From NCBI GenBank assembly GCA_003487265.1, contig DNEP01000013.1, forward strand, positions 24,618-88,617: a DNA stretch of 64,000 nucleotides. Reading direction: 5' to 3'. This document shows positions 38,655-47,989 of this stretch, piece by piece; positions within the stretch are counted from its first letter, which is position 1; the number at the start of each line of letters is the position of its first letter. The notes under the pieces were generated by a model, which worked only from the letters and a program-made list of their open reading frames with translations, was not told the origin of the DNA and made no database searches. Both the position numbers and the translations under genes were made by a program. Origin of the DNA: Minisyncoccota bacterium. GTDB lineage: Bacteria; Patescibacteriota; Microgenomatia; UBA1400; UBA12028.

Positions 38655-40071
38655 AGGCAGATTGTATCATGTCGTGAAGATGATACACATCTCCCGCGCC
38701 GATCGTCATCAACACATCGTTCGGCGTGAGGAGTTCTTTTAAGAGTTCAACTGTTTCATCCAGAGAGGAGGGGGAAAAGGCGAGTTTCCCTTGACTGGTC
38801 AGAGCAGAAACAAGTTGGTCGCTTGTAATAGATGGATCGAATCCCTCTCTCGCACTGGCAAAAATGGGAGGAATAATCACAACATCCGCGTCATCAAAAG
38901 CATGTGAAAATTCGTGAAACAACGTTTTTGTTCGCGAATAGGTGTGCGGTTGAAACACCACAACACGTCGAGCGTTTGGATACCACTCTCGCAACGCTTT
39001 CAACGTGTGGAGTATTTCCGATGGATGGTGCGCGTAATCGTCATAACAATCAATGGAGTCCAACAGTCTCATTTTGTACTCAAACCTTCGCACTGTACCA
39101 CGAAATGATTGCATGTATTCAATTGATTCTTCAATCGGAATGCCAAGAATTGAACACGTCGCAATCGCACTGAGTACATTTTTTATATTAAAAAGCCCTG
39201 GAACCGAAACGCGTACTGTATACTTTCTTTGTTCATGTGAAAAGCTGAATTGATTGAGTAATGGCTGTATTCGATACGAAGAAAGATCATACGAAAATGT
39301 GCTAGAATCAGATTTTCCGATTGTGATCAGATTACATGAAAAATCCATCTTTTTAATATCATCTGAGTATTTCTCATCTTCGAAATATATGAGGGATTGT
39401 GAGCGTGAAAGCTGTGAAAAGAAAGAGTTATATGCAGAAAGTGTATCAGAATACGTTGGATAAATGTCGGGATGGTCGTGAAAAATATTTGTACAGACAA
39501 TAATTTCTGGATGTTGGTAGGTAAACCGCGGTCTACGATCAACAAGCGGATCAATCGAGTATTCATCAGCCTCGGCAACAAAAATATTCCCTTCGGTGTA
39601 CGCACCTGTTCGTTCCATACCAACAATTCCACCAACCCCAACCGAGAATGAAGGATTATTTTGATGTTTCCATAAAATCCAAGAGATCATCGCTGAGGTC
39701 GTCGTCTTTCCTCCAACACCACACACCGACACTCCCCGTTTCCCGTCCATGAGTTTTCCCAAAACTTCAGCTTGACTCATTGTCGTGATACCTCGACGTA
39801 TCGCTTCCTCAACTTCTGGATTCTTTGAACCTTGATGTGCGCCGCTGTACACAACCAAATCAACCTCCTGCATGAGATGATCTGGTGAAAACCCCACCGC
39901 CACCTGTGAACAAACCGTTTTGAGGATGTGTGCGGTCACAAAATCATCAGCGACATCGCTCCCAGAAATCGCGATTCCCAAATCAGCCAAACACTGCGCC
40001 GTTGAGGTCATCCCAACACCTTTAATTCCAGTAAAATGCGCGTGATGAAATTGCGAAAAATACTTATGCAT
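38644..40071 (-). CDS. murC: UDP-MurNAc-L-Ala ligase
   Basis: GIKGVGM, GKTTT, EADEY, DDYAHHP and FQPHTYSRT motifs. Confidence 0.96.
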   Translation of the reverse strand: MHKYFSQFHHAHFTGIKGVGMTSTAQCLADLGIAISGSDVADDFVTAHILKTVCSQVAVGFSPDHLMQEVDLVVYSGAHQGSKNPEVEEAIRRGITTMSQAEVLGKLMDGKRGVSVCGVGGKTTTSAMISWILWKHQNNPSFSVGVGGIVGMERTGAYTEGNIFVAEADEYSIDPLVDRRPRFTYQHPEIIVCTNIFHDHPDIYPTYSDTLSAYNSFFSQLSRSQSLIYFEDEKYSDDIKKMDFSCNLITIGKSDSSTFSYDLSSYRIQPLLNQFSFSHEQRKYTVRVSVPGLFNIKNVLSAIATCSILGIPIEESIEYMQSFRGTVRRFEYKMRLLDSIDCYDDYAHHPSEILHTLKALREWYPNARRVVVFQPHTYSRTKTLFHEFSHAFDDADVVIIPPIFASAREGFDPSITSDQLVSALTSQGKLAFSPSSLDETVELLKELLTPNDVLMTIGAGDVYHLHDMIQSAYAG

Positions 40072-40753
40072 CTGTACGTACCCCACAGATCATTCTACCA
40101 CGAAGGTCCTGATCCACCGTTGAAAATCGTCGATGAGAAAAAAAGCGCGAATCAAGATGACAAGTGCAGGATCCGTGACTCTGAATGTTCTCTGAGCGGA
40201 CTTTCCGTTCGACCAGCGCCTTCGTTATTCCATTCTGTAATGACAAAAACGGCATTCCTTTTTCATATCGAACGGCGTATTTCCACGCGGGATCTTGGAT
40301 CATGCGATCATTCGCTGTTCGTTTATGACAACAATCTTGAATAGAGGGACCGATCCAAACCTGAAGGTCGGCACGATCGTTGGGATCGGGGCAGAGTTGT
40401 TCAAGCGTTTTGAGATGGATTTTTTTCCACGCCGATTTCCATCCCGCATGCACAAGTGCTCCCATATTCGAACTCGGATTCCACATAACCACAGGGACAC
40501 AATCCGCTACTGTCATCCAAATCATGCCACACTCGAGAAGACTTTCAGAAGAAAAAAGAACTGCATCTGCGTTCCACGTTTCAGCACGAGTAACACTCGA
40601 AAGCACACGGACACCGTGCTCTAAGATCAACTGTTTTTGCGCTGTTATTCCATTTTTTGAAAAAAATGATTCTCGAACAGTCATCTCTCCCATATCTCCA
40701 TCGCGTTTTTCCGAAAAGAAAATCTCGATCGGTCCAAGAAATGACCGTATCAT
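40064..40753 (-). CDS. pgeF: YfiH/YlmD (PgeF)-family protein
   Basis: VADCVPV, HAGW, IGPSI, CT and FFSHRR motifs; located in the dcw cluster. Confidence 0.85.
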   Translation of the reverse strand: MIRSFLGPIEIFFSEKRDGDMGEMTVRESFFSKNGITAQKQLILEHGVRVLSSVTRAETWNADAVLFSSESLLECGMIWMTVADCVPVVMWNPSSNMGALVHAGWKSAWKKIHLKTLEQLCPDPNDRADLQVWIGPSIQDCCHKRTANDRMIQDPAWKYAVRYEKGMPFLSLQNGITKALVERKVRSENIQSHGSCTCHLDSRFFSHRRFSTVDQDLRGRMICGVRTDA

Positions 40754-41502
40754 ATCTTTGCAGTCCGTTTTTTCATTTCTTGTTCTGCCACAACCAGTTG
40801 ATCGGGAGAGTTCACACCCATTCCCAATGCTTCGTCACGTCCATTCCACGATTGAATCTTTGCTCCTAAACGAACGCCTATCTCAAACACATCCGTAAGA
40901 TAATACTCTTGACTCACTTCGTTCATTTTTACCAGTGGGAGCGTTTTTAATAAAAACGATTTTTTGTACACCGCATTCCCTGTGTTAATCTCCCGAATTT
41001 TTTTCTGTTCATCAGTTGCATTTTTTTCCTCAACAATACCAGAAACCTCACCGTTTTCATCACGAAGAATTCTGCCATATCCAAACGGATTTTCCACCGT
41101 TGTAGAAATGAGCGTGACATCAGCCTGTTGAGCTGTATGAAGTTTAAGAACAGTTTGTAGTACTTCTTCCGTGTAAAACGCACAATGATCACCGTACAGA
41201 ACCACAACATCAACACAATCTTTATCTACAAATGGAAGCGCAGAACCAACCGCGTCCGCGGTTCCAAGCTGTTGTTTTTGTTCCGCATAGATAAGTGAAT
41301 CCCCAAAATATGAAAAAATACTTTCCTTTGCGTGACCTACGACAACAATAGGATGTTCAATTCCCATCCGCGCTAACCTTTCAACGGGATATGCCAACAT
41401 CGGTTTTCCATTTAGTGGAATCATGACTTTATTCTGCATCTCATGGACACCCATTCGCTTCCCACGGCCACCTGCAAGAATAATCGCTTGAACGTGTTTC
41501 AT
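40750..41502 (-). CDS. GlmU-like nucleotidyltransferase (pyrophosphorylase domain only)
   Basis: LAGGRGKRM, QLGTADA, YGD, GYGRI, IVEEK, EINTG and EYYLTD motifs; the protein ends before any hexapeptide domain. Confidence 0.85.
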   Translation of the reverse strand: MKHVQAIILAGGRGKRMGVHEMQNKVMIPLNGKPMLAYPVERLARMGIEHPIVVVGHAKESIFSYFGDSLIYAEQKQQLGTADAVGSALPFVDKDCVDVVVLYGDHCAFYTEEVLQTVLKLHTAQQADVTLISTTVENPFGYGRILRDENGEVSGIVEEKNATDEQKKIREINTGNAVYKKSFLLKTLPLVKMNEVSQEYYLTDVFEIGVRLGAKIQSWNGRDEALGMGVNSPDQLVVAEQEMKKRTAKI

Positions 41503-42485
41503 AATGATCTCCAAATTGCTTGTGCGATACGCGTTGGATCATGTCGAAGATACGAGCGTTCAAGAACATCGCCGGTATGTTCGTGAACGGGAACAGAAAG
41601 AACATAATCCTCAGCGATTGTACTACACGAAATCGTATCAATCTCAACTGGAAACTCATCGTTTTGCGCATAGTGTGCAAGAAGATTGGCGGGAATTTTC
41701 CCAGTATTGCAAATCGCAAGATCAATTTTTCGACCAATCGCCTTCTCAATTCCTTGAATATGAGCCGATGCGGGCATCCCTCGCGTTTGATTCACGGTTG
41801 TCATAAGGTTTACGACAAAAATAATTTTTGCTGTCGTTGCACCAAACGCTTCTTTCACTCCATCTACGCAAAGGGTCGCCAAAAGACTTGCATAATAGTC
41901 TCCAGGCCCGATCACCACACAATCAGCGTGTTCGATTGCTTCAAATGCTGGTCTAAAAATATGCGCCGAAGGAACAAGTGAAATACTGTTAATTCTTTTT
42001 GCATATACACTGTGTGTATTAAAATAGTCCTCTCCCATCACGGTCGATCCATCGGTAAACGTCGTTTGTAACTGCACATTATCTTCTGTTATCGGCAACA
42101 CTTTCCCCTGCAAATGAAAAGTTTCCTCAATAATTTCAAGTGATCGAGCGGTACTTCCTGTCATATCCTGTAGCGCGGTCAGCAAAAGATTTCCAAGGTT
42201 ATGTCCCTGAAGTCCATTTCCTTTTGAAAAACGATACAACAATATTTTTCGAATCCATTCTTTTTGTTTCTCGTGCACTAACGCAACAAGCGATTGTCGC
42301 ACATCACCGACAGGTTGAAATCCAAATTCATCACGAAGTCGTCCCGTTGAACCACCGGAGTCCGCCATGGATACAATTGCCGTTAACTCAGCAGGATAAG
42401 TAGCAAGTCCAGAAATAATGGTGGATGTTCCCGTTCCTCCACCAATCGCAACAATTTTTGGTTTCTGAGTACTGTTTATATGCAT
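41499..42485 (-). CDS. YvcK/GlmR (CofD-like) family protein
   Basis: IGGGTG, ADSGGSTGRLR, GHNLGNL, IGPG and RHDP motifs. Confidence 0.9.
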   Translation of the reverse strand: MHINSTQKPKIVAIGGGTGTSTIISGLATYPAELTAIVSMADSGGSTGRLRDEFGFQPVGDVRQSLVALVHEKQKEWIRKILLYRFSKGNGLQGHNLGNLLLTALQDMTGSTARSLEIIEETFHLQGKVLPITEDNVQLQTTFTDGSTVMGEDYFNTHSVYAKRINSISLVPSAHIFRPAFEAIEHADCVVIGPGDYYASLLATLCVDGVKEAFGATTAKIIFVVNLMTTVNQTRGMPASAHIQGIEKAIGRKIDLAICNTGKIPANLLAHYAQNDEFPVEIDTISCSTIAEDYVLSVPVHEHTGDVLERSYLRHDPTRIAQAIWRSL

Positions 42486-42489
42486 AGAT

Positions 42490-43704
42490 TTACGTAAGCG
42501 CACGAAGCAACGCCTCTTGATCTGACCAAGGTGTTTCGTGTTTCCCGTCTAGATTGAGCGATTTTTCATGTCCTTTTCCGAAAACAGCGATTGTATCGCC
42601 TTTTTTTGCAAGAGAAACCGCGAATCGAATCGCTTCATCTCGGTCGGCTATTTCGTGTATATGTCCCAATGCCTTTTTACTACACCCATCTTTAATCTGA
42701 CGGGTAATCGCTTGAATTGACTCCGTTCGAGGATCCTCCGCTGTGAGAATCACCTCATCTGCAAGTTCAGACGCGACTCGTCCCATCATGGGTCGCTTCA
42801 AGCGATCGCGCAATCCAGCACATCCGAAAACAACAAGAAGTTTTCCCGTTTGCGATTTTTTTGTTGTTCGCAATGTTTGTAACGCACGTTCCAATGCGTT
42901 TGGTGTATGAGCAAAATCCACAATCGCACGAATCCCTTTTCCGTTTCGAATTTCTTGCATTCTTCCAACAACCCCAGGAAAAGACGCGACGGCATCTCGA
43001 AACACTTCCTCTGAAAGATGAAGAAGCTCACACACTTTCCAAACCCCACTTGCGTTTTCTTGATTGTACGATTCTGAAAAACGTTGCGAAATCGCGTGCG
43101 ACACCAAAGGTGAAATATGCTTTGTATCATATTCAAACGATGCAATCATTTTTGACTCAATCTGCATCCGCAGCGTTTTCTTGATCAAATGGTACGAATG
43201 ATCAAGCCGATTTATCACGATATTTTTTGAACGACGGAGCAATCGTAGTTTAACTCGCGCGTATTCTTCATATGTCGCATGATAATCCAAATGTTCATGT
43301 GTGATATTTGTCAGCATTGTAATGAACGGTTTTATTCCAAAAAAGCGATGTTGATCAATTCCGTGACTTGTAACTTCCAACACCACATATTGAATCCCTT
43401 GTTTCTTCATTTCAAACAGAAACGACTGCAGTGCGAATGGACTTGGAGATGTAACATGAAACCCCGTATCGATTTCTTTTTCTTTTATGTAGGCAGCGAC
43501 GGTTGAAACAAGTGCAACGTTTTTCCCAGCATGTTTAAGCACATGATATAAAAGTGTTGCGGATGTCGTTTTTCCATCCGTTCCCGTAACACAGAGAATT
43601 GTCAGCGCGTTCGAAGGATTTCGATACCACGTTGTAGCAAAAAAACCTTTGAGAAAGTGGTATGGACGTTTCACCGTTTGAAGCATTCTTGAAAGCGACA
43701 TCAT
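42490..43704 (-). CDS. murE: MurE-family Mur ligase lacking the N-terminal domain
   Basis: VTGTDGKT, EVTSH, NITHEHLDYH, DFAHTP, EDPR and GKGHE motifs. Confidence 0.88.
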   Translation of the reverse strand: MMSLSRMLQTVKRPYHFLKGFFATTWYRNPSNALTILCVTGTDGKTTSATLLYHVLKHAGKNVALVSTVAAYIKEKEIDTGFHVTSPSPFALQSFLFEMKKQGIQYVVLEVTSHGIDQHRFFGIKPFITMLTNITHEHLDYHATYEEYARVKLRLLRRSKNIVINRLDHSYHLIKKTLRMQIESKMIASFEYDTKHISPLVSHAISQRFSESYNQENASGVWKVCELLHLSEEVFRDAVASFPGVVGRMQEIRNGKGIRAIVDFAHTPNALERALQTLRTTKKSQTGKLLVVFGCAGLRDRLKRPMMGRVASELADEVILTAEDPRTESIQAITRQIKDGCSKKALGHIHEIADRDEAIRFAVSLAKKGDTIAVFGKGHEKSLNLDGKHETPWSDQEALLRALT

Positions 43705-43707
43705 TTG

Positions 43708-43736
43708 ATTATCCTATCCCTTGAAGTATTTCTCAA
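43708..43736 (-). promoter_or_regulatory. Internal dcw promoter TTGAGA-17-GATAAT, 6 nt before the second murE ATG (43701)
   Basis: Sequence match and spacing in the ftsI-murE gap. Confidence 0.5.
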
Positions 43737-43756
43737 GACCGCCTTTGGCCATTCGT

Positions 43757-45541
43757 TTATTGAGATGGAGCAATGCCCATACGAATAAAAAGATCTTTCG
43801 CAATCGCAAACCACAGCGGTGCCGCGGTCTCGGATCCCCAAGGAGATGATGTCGGTTCCCGCAATTTAATTAACATAACAAACCTTGGATTTTCTGCTGG
43901 AGCAAATCCTACAAAACTCGCAACCGTTTTTTCTTCGTCATAATGACCTTCCACGGGGATCTGGGCGGTCCCCGTCTTTCCCGCTATTCGATACCCCTTT
44001 GGAATTGCCCATTTTGCATCACCATGAGCCGCGGACTGCTCCATCATTTCGGTGACCTTCCACGCCGTTTCCTCCGAGATAACGCGTTCACCGACTTTTG
44101 CTTCCTGCTTCATAACTGTCCCCTCATCATCCATCGATTCAAGCAGTGTTGGTTGTACGAGAAGGCCTTTGTTGGCAATTATTTGCGCGATCTGCACCAT
44201 CTGAAGTCCATTCATCGCCACCCCCTGACCAAAACTCGCGGTAGCGATGTCGATCTCTCTCCAGGTTTTTCGTTCGGGCGCAATTGTTTCTTCGCGCAAC
44301 TCAATTGTGGTTTTTTCAAAAAGATGAAATTTTTTCATGTAGTCTAAAAATTTGTCTTTCCCCAATAACTCAGCAATATGAATCATCACCGTGTTATCCG
44401 AATGAACAAGTCCATCGGTAATCGTTGAGTTGGGATAATACTCATTGTTCCATGTTTTTATCGTGAATCCCGAGATTTTTCGAGGACCATCACACACAGG
44501 ACACACAGAATCAGGTTGAATCACACCCGCATCAATTCCCGAAGCCACGGTAAAGATTTTCATGGTTGATCCAGGTTCATACACATCATTTGCTAGCAGT
44601 GATGAGTAGGTTTCGGGTGGATATTGATAGTATTTTTCAGGATCATACGAAGGAAAAGAGGCCATCGCAATAATTTTTCCCGTCGCGGGATCCATAATCA
44701 CTCCTTCGGCAGTTTTACTTCCGTATTTCTCCATCCCTCTTTTCAAATGTTCTTCCAACAAAAACTGAATATCACGACGCAACGTCAGTTGAATATCCCG
44801 ACCGTTTCTCGCACCGATCGTCGAATGTGTGCCAATGCTTAGCGGATTCCCCAGCGCATCCTTTTCCAACACAGACAATCCCGAACGCGGACGGAGCTCC
44901 CGATCAAAAAATCCCTCTACCCCAAAGTATCCCTGATCCTCTCCCTCTTGGTTTTTCCCAACAAATCCCAGAATTTGCGCAGAGAGCGATGCTTCGGGAT
45001 ATAACCTCGCCTCTTGTTCTTCAAATCCCAAACCATCAATGGAAAGTTGTTCAATATCATCCTTCACTTGCAACGGAATGTTATTTTTCACACTCACCCA
45101 CGGCGATTTCTTTTGTAACCGATCAAGAATCGAACTCGTCCATTCTTTTTGAAGTTGTTCTAGAACAACCTCAGCAGAACTACTCGCATACAATGCCTGA
45201 TCATCCTCGTACGAAAGCTGTGCAAAAAGTGGGGCGAGCGTATTTGCAATGTGATCAATTGGAGCAGTAAGATGAATTGGTTCCACATACAATCGAAACA
45301 CGGGTTTGTTCACCACAAGAGGATATCCATCTGCTGAAAAAATTGTTCCTCGACTTCCTTTGAGTGTTCGTTGCGTTCCATATTGCGCATCTGCAATTGC
45401 CTGCAACGACTCCGCGCGAATGATTTGCCAATAATATAAACGCAAAATAATCAACACAAACGCAACGCCAAACATGATTTCAATGAATCTTGAGCGACCA
45501 GCAAACTGTCGAGCCGACTGAACTTCCTCGTGCGTTCTCAT
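43757..45541 (-). CDS. ftsI: Class B penicillin-binding protein (FtsI-like)
   Basis: RG.I, R.YP and GVE dimerisation motifs; STMK, SDN and KTGTAQ catalytic motifs. Confidence 0.93.
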   Translation of the reverse strand: MRTHEEVQSARQFAGRSRFIEIMFGVAFVLIILRLYYWQIIRAESLQAIADAQYGTQRTLKGSRGTIFSADGYPLVVNKPVFRLYVEPIHLTAPIDHIANTLAPLFAQLSYEDDQALYASSSAEVVLEQLQKEWTSSILDRLQKKSPWVSVKNNIPLQVKDDIEQLSIDGLGFEEQEARLYPEASLSAQILGFVGKNQEGEDQGYFGVEGFFDRELRPRSGLSVLEKDALGNPLSIGTHSTIGARNGRDIQLTLRRDIQFLLEEHLKRGMEKYGSKTAEGVIMDPATGKIIAMASFPSYDPEKYYQYPPETYSSLLANDVYEPGSTMKIFTVASGIDAGVIQPDSVCPVCDGPRKISGFTIKTWNNEYYPNSTITDGLVHSDNTVMIHIAELLGKDKFLDYMKKFHLFEKTTIELREETIAPERKTWREIDIATASFGQGVAMNGLQMVQIAQIIANKGLLVQPTLLESMDDEGTVMKQEAKVGERVISEETAWKVTEMMEQSAAHGDAKWAIPKGYRIAGKTGTAQIPVEGHYDEEKTVASFVGFAPAENPRFVMLIKLREPTSSPWGSETAAPLWFAIAKDLFIRMGIAPSQ

Positions 45542-45546
45542 TGTCT

Positions 45547-45870
45547 TTATTCTTGCACATACGCAAGGGAACTGTCAGGCGACAAAAAGATTAATTGAGC
45601 AACGGAAACGTATCCTTCAAGTGTTGCGTGTTGTTTTATGTCCTGAAGTGAGTACTTCGAAGACAATGATGCTTGTGCGTATGTGATTGTTTTTTCTGTT
45701 TCGGCAATCGAGCGTTCGAGTTTTTTCATTTCAGCACCTCGAGAAATACCAACACTACTCACAAAAACGTAGGAAGTTAACGAAACAACCAACGCGAATA
45801 AAGAAAGAAAATATCCGCACATCATCACTGGTGAAATGGTGATCGAATGGCATCCGCGAGAACGAATCAT
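45547..45870 (-). CDS. FtsL-like small membrane/coiled-coil protein
   Basis: TM segment plus coiled coil, between rsmH and ftsI. Confidence 0.55.
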   Translation of the reverse strand: MIRSRGCHSITISPVMMCGYFLSLFALVVSLTSYVFVSSVGISRGAEMKKLERSIAETEKTITYAQASLSSKYSLQDIKQHATLEGYVSVAQLIFLSPDSSLAYVQE

Positions 45871-46760
45871 ATACGTCCTTTGTATTGATTTTTTACAAAT
45901 GCGCGGAGCTTTGCACTTCGTGCACGTGGGTTTTTGTACATTTCCTGATTCGTTGGCGTGAGCGGTTTCTTAAAAACATTGAATCCCCGTTTTTCGATCT
46001 CCCAATCCTTCATCACATTCTTCACAATACGATCCTCACCTTCATGAAATGCAATAGTGACGATGTGACCACCTTCCGCGAGGCAATCGAGCGAAGTAGG
46101 CAGTGTTCGCTCGATTGTTCGCAGTTCATCATTTACCGCAATACGTAAAGCCATAAACACTTTTGTGGCAGAATCGATCCCTCGCACACGATCGCGTTCA
46201 AGCGCGTTGTGAATAATTTCGGTGAGCTGTCGAGTTGTGGTAATGGGACTGAGTTTGCGCGCATCCACAATCGCGTCCGCGATTTTTCGACCAAAAGATT
46301 CCTGCGCGTAATGGAAAAATAAATTTGCGAGTTCTTTTCTACCGAGCGCTGCGATTAAATCCTGTGCCTTTACGGAGAGTCGGTCATCCATGCGCATATC
46401 AAGGGGGCCCTCATGTTGAAATGAAAATCCGCGCGAAGCATCATCGATTTGTTGACTGTTCACACCAAAATCAAATAATATTCCTGCAACTTTCTCTTGA
46501 AGGTGATCTGCGAGATGTTCAAATGAATCGTGAATCAGCGTGAGTTTTCCTGCGCTGATTTCTTTTTCAAATGTGACGGTGTTTTGCTCAATAACCGTTC
46601 GATCATGATCGAATCCGATAACTTTTCCACCTTTTTTCATGATTTCTTTGCTGTGTCCGCCAAATCCAAAGGTCGCATCAACATATGTTTGATTTTCTTT
46701 CACTTGAAGTGCGTGAATCACCTCAACCAACATTGCGGGAATATGAGGAGCGTTATTCAT
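45867..46760 (-). CDS. rsmH: 16S rRNA m4C1402 methyltransferase
   Basis: VDATFGFGGHS, RGFSF, PLDMRM, ALRIAVNDEL and NPRARSAKLR motifs. Confidence 0.96.
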   Translation of the reverse strand: MNNAPHIPAMLVEVIHALQVKENQTYVDATFGFGGHSKEIMKKGGKVIGFDHDRTVIEQNTVTFEKEISAGKLTLIHDSFEHLADHLQEKVAGILFDFGVNSQQIDDASRGFSFQHEGPLDMRMDDRLSVKAQDLIAALGRKELANLFFHYAQESFGRKIADAIVDARKLSPITTTRQLTEIIHNALERDRVRGIDSATKVFMALRIAVNDELRTIERTLPTSLDCLAEGGHIVTIAFHEGEDRIVKNVMKDWEIEKRGFNVFKKPLTPTNQEMYKNPRARSAKLRAFVKNQYKGRI

Positions 46761-47184
46761 ACACCTCCTCGAATGATTCTGCGGATGATTCAACTGTTTT
46801 TTCGAGCTTTTCAACATATTCCGCATAGGATTTTTCATTCCAGATTTCTACACGCGAGAATGCACCTGCAAACACCACGGATTTTTCAAGCGTTGCCGAA
46901 GCACGGAGGTGGTCGGGGATGAGGACGCGACCCGTTTCGTCAAAGGAAACCACATGTGCCGAGTAGGCAAATGAACGAACCACGTCTCGGTTCGCTTTTT
47001 TCATCACACTCGCGTTTTCAAAAGAAGATGTGAGTTTTTGCCATTCTGCTTGCGAAAAAAGAAATAAACATCCATCAAAACCTTTTGTGATTATAGGATG
47101 TTCACCGAGCAACTCACGAAACTTCACAGGAACCGAGACTCTTCCCGAGGATTCAACGGTGTGATAATAGGTTCCTGTCATCAT
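46753..47184 (-). CDS. mraZ: Transcriptional regulator MraZ
   Basis: GRVSVP..FR, KGFDGCL, DETGRVLIP and RVEIW motifs; heads the dcw cluster. Confidence 0.93.
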   Translation of the reverse strand: MMTGTYYHTVESSGRVSVPVKFRELLGEHPIITKGFDGCLFLFSQAEWQKLTSSFENASVMKKANRDVVRSFAYSAHVVSFDETGRVLIPDHLRASATLEKSVVFAGAFSRVEIWNEKSYAEYVEKLEKTVESSAESFEEVYE

Positions 47185-47357
47185 ATTCTAGGACACTTTC
47201 CCATTTTTTTCCGAACTTCATTTATTTCACACCAAATCTTGCCTTGTGTCAAGACAAAGAAAAGGCGAAACATTAGTACAGAAAAACAAAATCGGAAAAC
47301 AAACCTTCAATAGAAAAGAACGATTATAGGATCGCGTTAAAAATGAAAAAGCAAAAA

Positions 47358-47963
47358 TTACACACGGGATTGAATTGTTACACTTTGCTCTAAACGATAA
47401 TTTGGATCTGCATAATATGGCACGAGTTCATTAATTCCTCTCCTATCTAAAGTGCCCACTTTTGTATGTACTGGAATTTGCGTATGATCTCGCGCAACTG
47501 CTCCTAATACTGTAATAACAATAAGAGCAAGTTTTGTGGTTATGTTTTGAAGCTTATTCTCAAGATCATGAAACGGGTCAGCAAGTTCTGCATTAATTAC
47601 AGCAAATGCAGTCTCAAAAACATAATCAGGAAGCTCTTCTGATATTCCCACAAATACGACAATCGTAGCGGTTGTCACCATTTCTTGAGCTAACAGTTGT
47701 ACTTCCCAATCTGATGCATCAATCTTTGTACGCAAATGAATAATTTCAATAACCGACTGATGTAAGTCAGTTCGGCCAGAATCTGGTGCTCGAACGCCAG
47801 CACTATCTGCGTTTTCAAATCCCATTTTTTTCGCAAATGCTTTGGCAATATTACATCTTCCCACACCTTGATCATCGACAAATAAAATGTGAAGATCGCT
47901 TTTTTCGACAGGTTTTTTAACGATCGAAGAATCGGGTAATCCTGATGATTGTTCCTTACTCAT
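47358..47963 (-). CDS. Low-molecular-weight phosphatase/ArsC-fold protein with a degenerate P-loop
   Basis: ILFVDDQGVGRC, DSAG and ADPF motifs; the catalytic Cys is replaced by Asp. Confidence 0.6.
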   Translation of the reverse strand: MSKEQSSGLPDSSIVKKPVEKSDLHILFVDDQGVGRCNIAKAFAKKMGFENADSAGVRAPDSGRTDLHQSVIEIIHLRTKIDASDWEVQLLAQEMVTTATIVVFVGISEELPDYVFETAFAVINAELADPFHDLENKLQNITTKLALIVITVLGAVARDHTQIPVHTKVGTLDRRGINELVPYYADPNYRLEQSVTIQSRV

Positions 47964-47969
47964 GCGGGC

Positions 47970-47978
47970 ATTTTACCA
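47970..47978 (-). promoter_or_regulatory. Extended -10 element (TG-G-TAAAAT) 6 nt before the ATG at 47963
   Basis: Sequence match only. Confidence 0.45.
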
Positions 47979-47989
47979 GATTTTCACCG

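Noticed and set aside
47185-47260. MraZ-box repeats and a promoter upstream of mraZ
   Set aside because: TTGACA is present at 47247-47252, but the -10 is weak and no clean GTGG-type repeat series is visible.
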